55,037 nucleotides of DNA from Candidatus Kerfeldbacteria bacterium (GTDB lineage: Bacteria > Patescibacteriota > Patescibacteriia > UBA9570): assembly GCA_016207285.1 (NCBI GenBank), contig JACQPW010000033.1, forward strand, positions 1 to 55,037, in the 5' to 3' direction. Of this stretch, positions 17,408-25,474 are shown one piece after another. Each line of letters begins with the position of its first letter. Position 1 is the stretch's first letter. The position numbers and the translations under genes are program-made. The notes beneath the pieces are model-generated. The model saw only the letters and a list, made by a program, of their open reading frames with translations. It made no database searches and was not told where the DNA came from.

Positions 17408-18559
17408 ATGGCCAATGGTAATAAATATATGGAAGTAAAACCAGATGTCGAAACATTCGCTAAAATCTTAGTGGTCGGTGTTGGTGGCTCCGGTGGTTCA
17501 GCCGTTTCGCGCATGATTGATAGTGGTCTTAAGGGCGTGGAATTTGTAGCGGTGAATACCGATGCTCAGGCTTTGCACCACAACCCAGCGAAACGCAAAA
17601 TTCATATTGGTAAAAGCACGACCCGTGGTTTAGGAGCCGGGATGGATCCCAGTGTTGGTGCCAAAGCGGCTGAGGAAACGAATGAAGAATTAGCCACGAT
17701 GTTAAAAGGTGCCGACATGGTCTTTGTCACTTGTGGCTTGGGTGGTGGCACTGGTTCTGGTGCTGGGCCGATCATTGCCCGCATGGCGCGTGAGGCTGGT
17801 GCCTTAACTGTAGCCGTGGTCACACGACCGTTCGCCTTTGAAGGTGCTCAACGTGGTCAAATTGCTGATAGTGCTTACAATGAGATGGCTGATGCCGTGG
17901 ATACCATTATCACCATTCCGAACGATCGGCTATTGCAGATTATTGATAAGAAGACCTCTTTACTGGATGCGTTCAAGACAGTTGATAATGTCTTATTTCA
18001 AGGCGTTCAAGGTATCTCGGATTTAATTACAGTGCCAGGTTTGATTAACGTTGACTTTGCTGATGTGAAATCGGTCATGGCGAACGCCGGTTCGGCTTTG
18101 ATGGGGATTGGTAAAGCCAGTGGGGAGAGTCGGGCAGTAGATGCCGCTAAATCCGCTGTGGATAGTCCTTTACTAGAATTAAGTATTGATGGTGCCAAAG
18201 GGATTTTGTTCACCATCACCGGTGGTCCGAATATGGGTATGTATGAGGTGAATGAAGCAGCCCGGGTGATTACCGAATCCGCTGACCCATCTGCTAAGAT
18301 TATTTTTGGTGCTAATGTCGATGAATCCATGGGTGATGAAATTAAGATCACGGTCGTAGCCACTGGGTTTGGTCAGCCAGCCAAAGCGGCCAAAAAGATC
18401 CAAGCCGTTCGTCCAACCCCGTTCAGTAAACGGGATGATATGGATACCCCAGTTCCAGCCTCGTTCCGCAACAAAAATATCATGGATGAGAAGCCGGTCG
18501 ACAATTCCGATGATGATGACCTGGAAGTTCCAGCCTTCATCCGGAAGAAGATGATGTAG
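17408..18559 (+). CDS. ftsZ: cell division GTPase FtsZ
   Basis: 383 aa. Tubulin signature GGGTGSGAGP, NTDAQAL, and an acidic C-terminal peptide DDDLEVPAFIRKK. An alternative start at Met8 is possible. Confidence 0.95.
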   Translation: MANGNKYMEVKPDVETFAKILVVGVGGSGGSAVSRMIDSGLKGVEFVAVNTDAQALHHNPAKRKIHIGKSTTRGLGAGMDPSVGAKAAEETNEELATMLKGADMVFVTCGLGGGTGSGAGPIIARMAREAGALTVAVVTRPFAFEGAQRGQIADSAYNEMADAVDTIITIPNDRLLQIIDKKTSLLDAFKTVDNVLFQGVQGISDLITVPGLINVDFADVKSVMANAGSALMGIGKASGESRAVDAAKSAVDSPLLELSIDGAKGILFTITGGPNMGMYEVNEAARVITESADPSAKIIFGANVDESMGDEIKITVVATGFGQPAKAAKKIQAVRPTPFSKRDDMDTPVPASFRNKNIMDEKPVDNSDDDDLEVPAFIRKKMM

Positions 18560-18569
18560 CCTTATAACA

Positions 18570-18598
18570 ATAACCCTGTACTTTATGTGCAGGGTTAT
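18570..18598 (+). terminator. hairpin after ftsZ (first of two)
   Basis: ATAACCCTG / CAGGGTTAT 9-bp stem with an 11-nt loop; no clear T tract. Confidence 0.4.
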
Positions 18599-18611
18599 GT
18601 TGGATCAAGCA

Positions 18612-18648
18612 AATAACCCCAGGTATAAAACCTGGGGTTATTGATTTT
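18612..18648 (+). terminator. intrinsic terminator after ftsZ
   Basis: Perfect 12-bp stem AATAACCCCAGG / CCTGGGGTTATT with a 7-nt loop, followed by GATTTT. Confidence 0.75.
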
Positions 18649-18687
18649 ACATACGTATTGGCTTTACAAATTGACCTTAATTCACTA

Positions 18688-19008
18688 GGGTGTTCGCGGA
18701 GGTGTCTCTTGCGTCAATCACGGTTCTTCCTTGGTGTCCCTTCAACCAGCCCGGTTTTCGCGGCGCTGCGTCGGCTCTCCCACGAGATCGGACGCGCCAA
18801 GTCGCGCCGGCTGTTCGAACGCTTCGCTGCCGACCCTCCCCAGGGTCTCGAAGCGGTGCTCGACTGGGTCGAGCGGGCAGTGGATCAACTGGAAGTCAAG
18901 CCGGCTGACCGTGCTCCCATGCGGCGGGTTGTGGCCGTCTGGGTGCGAGCGCAGCTCGGTCTGCCCAGGTCGTCGGCCTGATCGGCGACCAGTGGAGACA
19001 TGCGAGAC
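18688..19008 (+). other. high-GC island containing a foreign-looking ORF or gene fragment
   Basis: An abrupt jump to about 65-70% G+C. All three + frames are open. The frame of the 18658 ORF shows coding-like periodicity (GC2 much lower than GC1 and GC3) and an Ala/Arg/Val/Leu-rich helical-looking peptide (...RLFERFAADPPQGLEAVLDWVERAVDQLEVKPADRAPMRRVVAVWVRAQLG). There is no ATG or GTG start in that frame inside the island. Confidence 0.4.
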
Positions 19009-19052
19009 GGCCGGCGCTGTATACCCATACAGCGACCGGCCTTTCCCTTTTT
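19009..19052 (+). terminator. GC-rich intrinsic terminator closing the high-GC island
   Basis: GGCCGGCGCTGTAT / ATACAGCG(A)CCGGCC stem with an ACCC loop, followed by TTTCCCTTTTT. Confidence 0.7.
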
Positions 19053-19092
19053 CAAACCGTACGTTACACTTTAACTAATTAATCTTTAGCTG

Positions 19093-19575
19093 TTGCAGCC
19101 TATGCACATCGTACAAAAACTAATAGCTGTTACCACATTAACCGCCGTCACGTTGTTGCCGGTCGTGGCTAGTGCCCGTACCTATACCAAAGTAGAGGTA
19201 CTAGAGATTTATGGTGCTGAACTATCTACTGGTTATGAACTTAATAATCATAACTGTGATTATGATTTTGTCACATCTGATTTAGTGATCGATATCAAGA
19301 GTGCCTTTACCGATGGTACGATTGATAACGCCTATATACGCTATCTGGGACATAAATATAAAAACTTAACCGGCGATATTCATTCCAAAAACAAGAAGTA
19401 CTATCAAATTTTGTTGCAGAGTGCTGATGATACCTTAACTTCAGAATATGGCCAACTCACCTTTACGCTCAATATCAAGAAAAAGAACCCATATGCTACC
19501 TCGCACGGTAAAGCTAAGGTGAAACGGTCTGCCAGTGATGATTACGAAGCCTGTAGCTCGAAAGCCACCTTCTAG
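19093..19575 (+). CDS. small secreted hypothetical protein
   Basis: 160 aa with a signal-peptide-like N-terminus (LIAVTTLTAVTLLPVVASA). No recognisable family. Confidence 0.5.
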   Translation: MQPMHIVQKLIAVTTLTAVTLLPVVASARTYTKVEVLEIYGAELSTGYELNNHNCDYDFVTSDLVIDIKSAFTDGTIDNAYIRYLGHKYKNLTGDIHSKNKKYYQILLQSADDTLTSEYGQLTFTLNIKKKNPYATSHGKAKVKRSASDDYEACSSKATF

Positions 19576-19576
19576 T

Positions 19577-21724
19577 TTACCGATAAATAACGTATTCTCG
19601 ATCTGGCCGAAGTTCTAATACCAGTTCGTTGGTGTCGGTATCATAGCTCCAGTATTCGTGATCTAGACCTAACTCTGTCACGCGGCTGGGAGCAGTGTCA
19701 TACGGTAAACGTACGATGATACTGGTGTTCGTCTTGTCATACTCTAAGGCTAACTCATCAATGTTTCCGGCAGATAAGCGATAGGTCTTGTTCACTGGCA
19801 AGTTCAGTACAAAGCGGCCACCACTGGAGGAACCTTCTTCCACCATATCGATACTAGCGTCCGTGTCCAGGCGTGTAATGGTTAGCTCATCGGTATAATG
19901 TTTGTCACGGGGGTCATTAAAGACGAGGCGACCATAATCAATGTGGGGGCAAACGTAGACATTCCAAATGGTTTTGGTGACGCAGCCAGCGGTATAATGA
20001 AAATCAAGTAATGGCAATGTGACTGCTCCCGTTTTGCTATTGTTGAGCACAGCAAACATATCGCCAGCGTGGGTGACATCATCGATAAAAAACTCCTGGG
20101 CGTGTGTAAACGTTAGGTCAGCAAAGCTGTTATTGGGTGACATGGCGTAGGGATTGGTGGGTAAAATACTCACCGCGGCTTGGGTTTGGTCACCTTCCGT
20201 TTTAAAATTTTTGAACGTTGTTTGTCTGACATGTACTGGCCCGTCGTAAAAGGCGAAACCAAACTTATAGGGCATCCAACCTTCCGTTGAATCGTTACCG
20301 GATTCACCGATCACCAGTGACTTGGTCAGCGTGACGTTATTGGCAGCAAAGCTGGCACCGATGCGGTTATCCAACAGAGTAGCGTCCGTAAAGGTCAGAT
20401 CGCGCCCGCGTACCCAAATGCCGGTACTGGCGTTTTTATAAGCCGTCACACTGTCGAAGGTAGCCGGCTTCGTAGGCATATAATAGACAGAGTCAAAGCC
20501 TTCACCATCAATGGTTAACCCGCGCTCACCATTAGAATGGGTTGTATTATTGGAGAACTCTTGTAGCCGCATGGTGCGGGGTACTATGTCGCTATCTTCC
20601 GCGCTCATACCCGTGGCAGCATCTAGTAAAAAGAACCAGTAACCAAAGCCAGCCGATCCAGCCGCGCTGTTACGGCGGTAGGTATTTTGCGGGTTGGTAA
20701 TCCAAAAGGTGGCTGGTTCAGCATCAGAATCCAGGGTGGCTCCAGCGGCGGTATCGACACCAAGATTATGAATAAATTGATTATCCTCTTCTACACCATC
20801 TTCCAAAAAGTAACAGTGTCCTTTGGTGTGATAAGCTACATTATCTTGAATCAGTACATTACTAGTGGCATGGATGGTGATGCAGCGGTTACTGGAATTG
20901 GTAATGGATACTTGTTTGATGTAGGAACCAGTCCCATCACCAACCAGGTGAAAATGTAGGGGATACTGCGCCAAGGTAGCGTAGGTGCCTAGCGTGTCAA
21001 ATTGAGCTCCCACCACGGTGGCGACAGTACTGCCATTGAAAATGATGTGGCCGGCATCATACTCTTCATCACCACTAAACTGGATATTGTGTGACAGTAA
21101 ACCGACTTCAGCAAACTCATGGTGAGCACCGTAGTGTTTATAGTCTAGCTTATCTTCTAGGGTGAGTACTTTTTTGTTATTGGAGACCGCTGCAATGGTG
21201 TGCGCCTCAGCTTCCGTTGGGTCATAGCTGGTCGAAGCAATGACAATCTGATCGCCAACTTGCCAATCGACCGCTTGTTTCAGACGGAGGCGTTTACTGT
21301 CACGTGGTGCCGTAATGGCTAAGCGTGTCCAGGTACGGTCATGGTTAGCGCCATGGACAGAGAAGATACCATTGTACACTCCCAGTCGCTCGGTTTGTCC
21401 GGTGATGGCAACTTGGGTAGTCACCGAACGAGGGATAGGGTTGTCAGTTGTTCCCATTTGCCAACTACCGTAGACAGCCGCTTCATCCAGCGTCAACCGA
21501 GTATTCTGATCAGTCGAAAAATCTAGAGTGCCATTGATCGTCAACAAGTCAATCACCACATCTGATACCGCATCATAAGTAACCGTGTGATCTTCCGCAA
21601 CTTCTACTGTATCATGTTCACCGGGCACGGTAGCTGCATCCCAAGTGGCGACATCGCTCCAGTTACCTGACTGTACCGAGGTGATCGTAGCGGCTTGGAC
21701 TGCTAATGCGATAAACCATTGCAT
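19577..21724 (-). CDS. secreted G8-domain / right-handed beta-helix protein
   Basis: G8-domain hallmark at the N-terminus (SGNWSDVATWDAATVPGEHDTVEV...HTVTYD...LLTINGTLDF), followed by beta-helix-like repeats. The start is placed at Met12 (ATG 21724, MQWFIALAVQAA signal) because an extended -10 element sits 7 nt upstream. Confidence 0.75.
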   Translation of the reverse strand: MQWFIALAVQAATITSVQSGNWSDVATWDAATVPGEHDTVEVAEDHTVTYDAVSDVVIDLLTINGTLDFSTDQNTRLTLDEAAVYGSWQMGTTDNPIPRSVTTQVAITGQTERLGVYNGIFSVHGANHDRTWTRLAITAPRDSKRLRLKQAVDWQVGDQIVIASTSYDPTEAEAHTIAAVSNNKKVLTLEDKLDYKHYGAHHEFAEVGLLSHNIQFSGDEEYDAGHIIFNGSTVATVVGAQFDTLGTYATLAQYPLHFHLVGDGTGSYIKQVSITNSSNRCITIHATSNVLIQDNVAYHTKGHCYFLEDGVEEDNQFIHNLGVDTAAGATLDSDAEPATFWITNPQNTYRRNSAAGSAGFGYWFFLLDAATGMSAEDSDIVPRTMRLQEFSNNTTHSNGERGLTIDGEGFDSVYYMPTKPATFDSVTAYKNASTGIWVRGRDLTFTDATLLDNRIGASFAANNVTLTKSLVIGESGNDSTEGWMPYKFGFAFYDGPVHVRQTTFKNFKTEGDQTQAAVSILPTNPYAMSPNNSFADLTFTHAQEFFIDDVTHAGDMFAVLNNSKTGAVTLPLLDFHYTAGCVTKTIWNVYVCPHIDYGRLVFNDPRDKHYTDELTITRLDTDASIDMVEEGSSSGGRFVLNLPVNKTYRLSAGNIDELALEYDKTNTSIIVRLPYDTAPSRVTELGLDHEYWSYDTDTNELVLELRPDREYVIYR

Positions 21725-21725
21725 A

Positions 21726-21740
21726 TGGTATAGTATAGCA
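21726..21740. promoter_or_regulatory. overlapping divergent extended -10 promoter elements (candidate leaderless starts)
   Basis: + strand: TGGTATAGT (21726-21734), then 7 nt, then ATG 21742. - strand: TGCTATACT (21740-21732), then 7 nt, then ATG 21724. The two -10 hexamers overlap by 3 bp. Confidence 0.5.
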
Positions 21741-21741
21741 T

Positions 21742-24417
21742 ATGATACATAAACCATTCGTTTGGACTGTAGTCGTGAGCAGCTTTTTATTCATTATCTC
21801 AACGGTTCCGGCGCTCGCTACAGGAACCTTTTATGTGGATAGTGTCACTGGTAATGATGCTAATAATTGTACATCTGCCGATACGCCTTGCGTAACCGTC
21901 GCCGGCGCCAAAGCCTTGATCGTAGATTTGGCCGACCCCTCGAATACGACGTTGAAGTTAAAAGGAACATTTACAGATCAGGTCAGTTTCGCAAACACTG
22001 ATGTGACCAAACCCGATACGCTTGATGGTCTGCGCATCACAGCAACCGATCAATCGAATCAACCAGTCGTGAATACAGCAGTGGCGAGCACCGCGGCAAT
22101 CGCCATCGTAAATATCAATAATGTGACAGTGGATCATCTGACGATTACGGGGGGAACCAAAGGGGTGTATGTAGTAGGCAGCGGAGGTTTTGTCCAAAAT
22201 ATCTCAATTCATGATAACAATGTGTCCGGGGTGTCTTCCACAACCACGAGTTCTGGCATTGAACTGACCTACGTCAAGTCTGGCACAATTCGTAACAATA
22301 CCATTCACGATATGGCGGCAACCGTGACTGATGTGAGTTATACGTATCTGTACGGGGTTTATGTGTTGTATGGGTATAATATTGCCATACAGCAGAACAC
22401 AATCTCCAACGTAGGTATCAACAGCACACTCGCTGCTACAACATCTCACGTTAGCTACGTGTATGGATTATATCTGTCCAACATCACGGACGGCATCGTT
22501 AAACAAAACACACTGTCGGATATGTTTGTGACGGAAACCGCCACCTTAGCCGATACCAATCAAACCACCAGTGTGTTTGGTTTCAACGGTTCTAATTTGT
22601 TCGATGTGGCCGTGACCAACAACACGTTTACCAATTTGACCAGTACCATTTCGGCTGATGTAGACGGCAACTATTGCACCAGCGCAGTATATGGTTTATT
22701 GGTATCGGATCTGCGGCCTGATGATGGTGTCGGTTTGATCAATCAGAATACCATCGATACAGTCACATCCACCCAAACCTGCGATTCCGGTGCACCTATC
22801 GCGCAGGGTATGAATATTCAGTACGCCTTTGGGGCGACAGTGGAAGACAACACAATTCAGCACATCACCACCTCTCATATCGCGAATGGAGAAGATGTGA
22901 GCACTGGGGGATCGGCCACCGGCATTTCTGGCCCATTCTACGGTTCTACTGTGACCTTGTCACAGAATGTGATTAGTGATGTGGGTGCTACAGCAGTCTA
23001 TTCCGGTGCCGATTCCGGCAGCAATGTAACCGTTCGTGGTATTTACCAGTATGTTGGCTCGGGCAGTATTGTCGGAAACACTATCTCGGATCTCTCTATC
23101 TCAATCGATAATAACGATGCGGCTGGCTACTATGATTATGCCACACTCTATGGTATCGATTCGAGCTTTGCTGACAACGTGGTGTTAAAGAATAATACCA
23201 TCAAGCAAACTACCTTCAATTACACTACCGCTGGTGTGGATGGCACGACCCTGTTCTATCTGTATGGTCTATCAATAGGCTATGCCGATGGCGCTGTGAT
23301 TCAGAAAAATACCGTCAAAGATGTGGAGGTGGCCACAGCCGCTACAGATGTCACTGATGCGAGTTACGTCTCCATGAATACGTACGGGTTCTTTTTTAAC
23401 AGATTACCCAATGCCGTCATCAGCAACAATCGTCTGCAGCGTTTCTCTATTTCAGGCGATGCCGGGAACGCCAACGACTTATTCAACTATGTTCAAGGGA
23501 TCAACTTGAATTCTGTGTCTGGGACAATTCACAAGAACCGCATTGTGAATGCTGATGTTACTTCGACCATTGTGGCTGATGCGGCGAGTCAATTTTTCTA
23601 TGCGATTGCTGTATCCACCCAAAGCAGCCAAACCGCCATCACGGACAATATCGTGCGTGATATCACTACCACCACTTCTGGAGTTGGCACGAGTAACACG
23701 GTGATGGGTATTAATGTGTCCTACGGGCCAGATTTGCTCTTAACCGGCAACCAAATTCGACCGTTCACGAGTACCGTCTCGGCCGGTGAAGCGTTAGCGC
23801 ACTATGGCATTTACTTTTCGTCTGATGCGAGTCATGCTCGAATTCTGGATAATATGCTGTTGGGTAATGCCACGGCGGCTACAACGGTGAGTACCGGCAT
23901 CTACCTGTCAATTGATTCCACGGTTGATGCGGATCTGATTCATAATACGATCGCTGACTGGGAATATCCAGTGCGTGCGGATGGCGGGAATAAAATTTAT
24001 CTCCGCAATAATATCTTAGCTGCATCCGGATCCGACAGTTACGCTTTAGCGATTGGGCGAGATACAATGAACAATGATACCTTTAAATCCGACTATAACC
24101 TACTGTATAACGCCACGGTAGCGGATCAACTGGTGTACGATACCGATAACACCTTAGCAATCTTGTTGGCTGATTGGACCAATGTGGGTGGTAGTTATGG
24201 CTATGATGTGAATTCCATCAATAAGATTCCAAAAATCAATGCGCTCGGTCGTTTGCAAAAGGGTTCTAAAGCCATTAATGCCGGCAGTAAGGATTATCCT
24301 TACAGCAAAGGTGATGTTGAACTGACCTATTTAGCCACTGATGTGAATGGTGACAATCGGCCAATCAACGCCAAAAAGAAACAGGTAGACATTGGTGCTG
24401 ATGAGTACAAGAAATAG
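21742..24417 (+). CDS. secreted parallel beta-helix (PbH1) repeat protein
   Basis: 891 aa with signal peptide VVVSSFLFIISTVPALA. Many ~22-25-aa repeats of the type IRNNTIHD, IQQNTISN, VKQNTLSD, IHKNRIVN, ITDNIVRD, typical of pectate-lyase/NosD-like beta-helices. Confidence 0.8.
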   Translation: MIHKPFVWTVVVSSFLFIISTVPALATGTFYVDSVTGNDANNCTSADTPCVTVAGAKALIVDLADPSNTTLKLKGTFTDQVSFANTDVTKPDTLDGLRITATDQSNQPVVNTAVASTAAIAIVNINNVTVDHLTITGGTKGVYVVGSGGFVQNISIHDNNVSGVSSTTTSSGIELTYVKSGTIRNNTIHDMAATVTDVSYTYLYGVYVLYGYNIAIQQNTISNVGINSTLAATTSHVSYVYGLYLSNITDGIVKQNTLSDMFVTETATLADTNQTTSVFGFNGSNLFDVAVTNNTFTNLTSTISADVDGNYCTSAVYGLLVSDLRPDDGVGLINQNTIDTVTSTQTCDSGAPIAQGMNIQYAFGATVEDNTIQHITTSHIANGEDVSTGGSATGISGPFYGSTVTLSQNVISDVGATAVYSGADSGSNVTVRGIYQYVGSGSIVGNTISDLSISIDNNDAAGYYDYATLYGIDSSFADNVVLKNNTIKQTTFNYTTAGVDGTTLFYLYGLSIGYADGAVIQKNTVKDVEVATAATDVTDASYVSMNTYGFFFNRLPNAVISNNRLQRFSISGDAGNANDLFNYVQGINLNSVSGTIHKNRIVNADVTSTIVADAASQFFYAIAVSTQSSQTAITDNIVRDITTTTSGVGTSNTVMGINVSYGPDLLLTGNQIRPFTSTVSAGEALAHYGIYFSSDASHARILDNMLLGNATAATTVSTGIYLSIDSTVDADLIHNTIADWEYPVRADGGNKIYLRNNILAASGSDSYALAIGRDTMNNDTFKSDYNLLYNATVADQLVYDTDNTLAILLADWTNVGGSYGYDVNSINKIPKINALGRLQKGSKAINAGSKDYPYSKGDVELTYLATDVNGDNRPINAKKKQVDIGADEYKK

Positions 24418-24419
24418 GT

Positions 24420-24893
24420 ATGCGCTGTCCAGCTTGCTTACACGATGATACCAAAGTGCTTGATTCCCGCGATATGGATGATGGCATGGCTACACGCCGC
24501 CGGCGGGAATGTCCCAAATGTGATTTTAGGTTTTCCACCAAAGAGCAGGTCGAAATTTTGAATTTAAAAGTTAAGAAACGCACTGATAAGATCGAACCGT
24601 ACTCAACCGAAAAAATTACCCGGGGTCTCCATATTGCTTTGGAAAAACGCTTAGGGGATGAGGAAAAATTCAAAAAGCTCGTCACCGGTATTGAGCGCGA
24701 TATTCAGATCGCTGCTAAGGCTGACGATACCATTGAATCCCAAGCCATTGGGGATATCGTCATGCGCCATTTGAAAAAAATTGATAAAATAGCTTATATC
24801 CGCTTCGCTTCGGTGTATCAAGATTTTGAAGACCTCCTGTCTTTCCAAGAAGAGGTAGAAAAACTCATGAGTAGCCGTAAAAAGAAATCTTAA
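24420..24893 (+). CDS. nrdR: transcriptional repressor NrdR
   Basis: 157 aa. N-terminal zinc ribbon MRCPACLHDDTKVLDSRD...RRRRECPKCDFRFST followed by an ATP-cone. Confidence 0.9.
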   Translation: MRCPACLHDDTKVLDSRDMDDGMATRRRRECPKCDFRFSTKEQVEILNLKVKKRTDKIEPYSTEKITRGLHIALEKRLGDEEKFKKLVTGIERDIQIAAKADDTIESQAIGDIVMRHLKKIDKIAYIRFASVYQDFEDLLSFQEEVEKLMSSRKKKS

Positions 24894-24898
24894 TCCCT

Positions 24899-25474
24899 AT
24901 GAAAATCCATAAAAAACCAGCTAAAAAAACGAATCCCAAGAAAAATTTGGGCCAGGTGCATGTCTACACGGGTGAAGGCAAAGGCAAAACTTCAGCCGCG
25001 CTTGGCATTTTGTTACGGGCGGCTGGGCAAGGTCATCGTGTGTTGATGATCCAGTTTATCAAAGGGGATCGAGCCGCCGGTGAATTATTGGCGTTCCAAA
25101 ATTTGGGTAAGCATGTCGAAATTTTGCAATTTGGCCGAGCCGATTTAACCTCGATGGCTGATCTGCAAGCCGTGGATGCGTATTTCACCGAGCAAGGTCT
25201 GAATTATGCTCGTGAAGCCATGCGTAGTCGGCGCAAACGTCCCGATGTCCTGATTTTAGACGAGATCACAACTGCGGTAGAGCACGGATTAGTGCGCGTG
25301 GAAGAAGTGATTGATGTGGTGGATAACCGCCACCGCAATACGGAAATCATTATGACTGGCACAACCACACATCCAGCGTTATTGAACCTGGCTGACTTAG
25401 TAACGGTGTTATACCCGGCCAAACACTATTTTGACCGGGACAACTTTGAGGCTAGATCAGGAATTGAATTTTAG
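24899..25474 (+). CDS. cobO: ATP:cob(I)alamin adenosyltransferase (CobA/CobO/BtuR family)
   Basis: 191 aa. GQVHVYTGEGKGKTSAALGILLRAAGQGHRVLMIQFIKG P-loop region typical of the family. Confidence 0.85.
   Translation: MKIHKKPAKKTNPKKNLGQVHVYTGEGKGKTSAALGILLRAAGQGHRVLMIQFIKGDRAAGELLAFQNLGKHVEILQFGRADLTSMADLQAVDAYFTEQGLNYAREAMRSRRKRPDVLILDEITTAVEHGLVRVEEVIDVVDNRHRNTEIIMTGTTTHPALLNLADLVTVLYPAKHYFDRDNFEARSGIEF

Noticed and set aside
18690-19078. ORFs 18690-18908 and 18731-19078 in the other two frames of the high-GC island
   Set aside because: Open frames are expected by chance in ~68% G+C DNA. Only the 18658 frame shows low-GC2 coding periodicity in its 3' two-thirds. The first ~30 codons of the 18690 frame may represent a frameshifted upstream part, but this is unproven.
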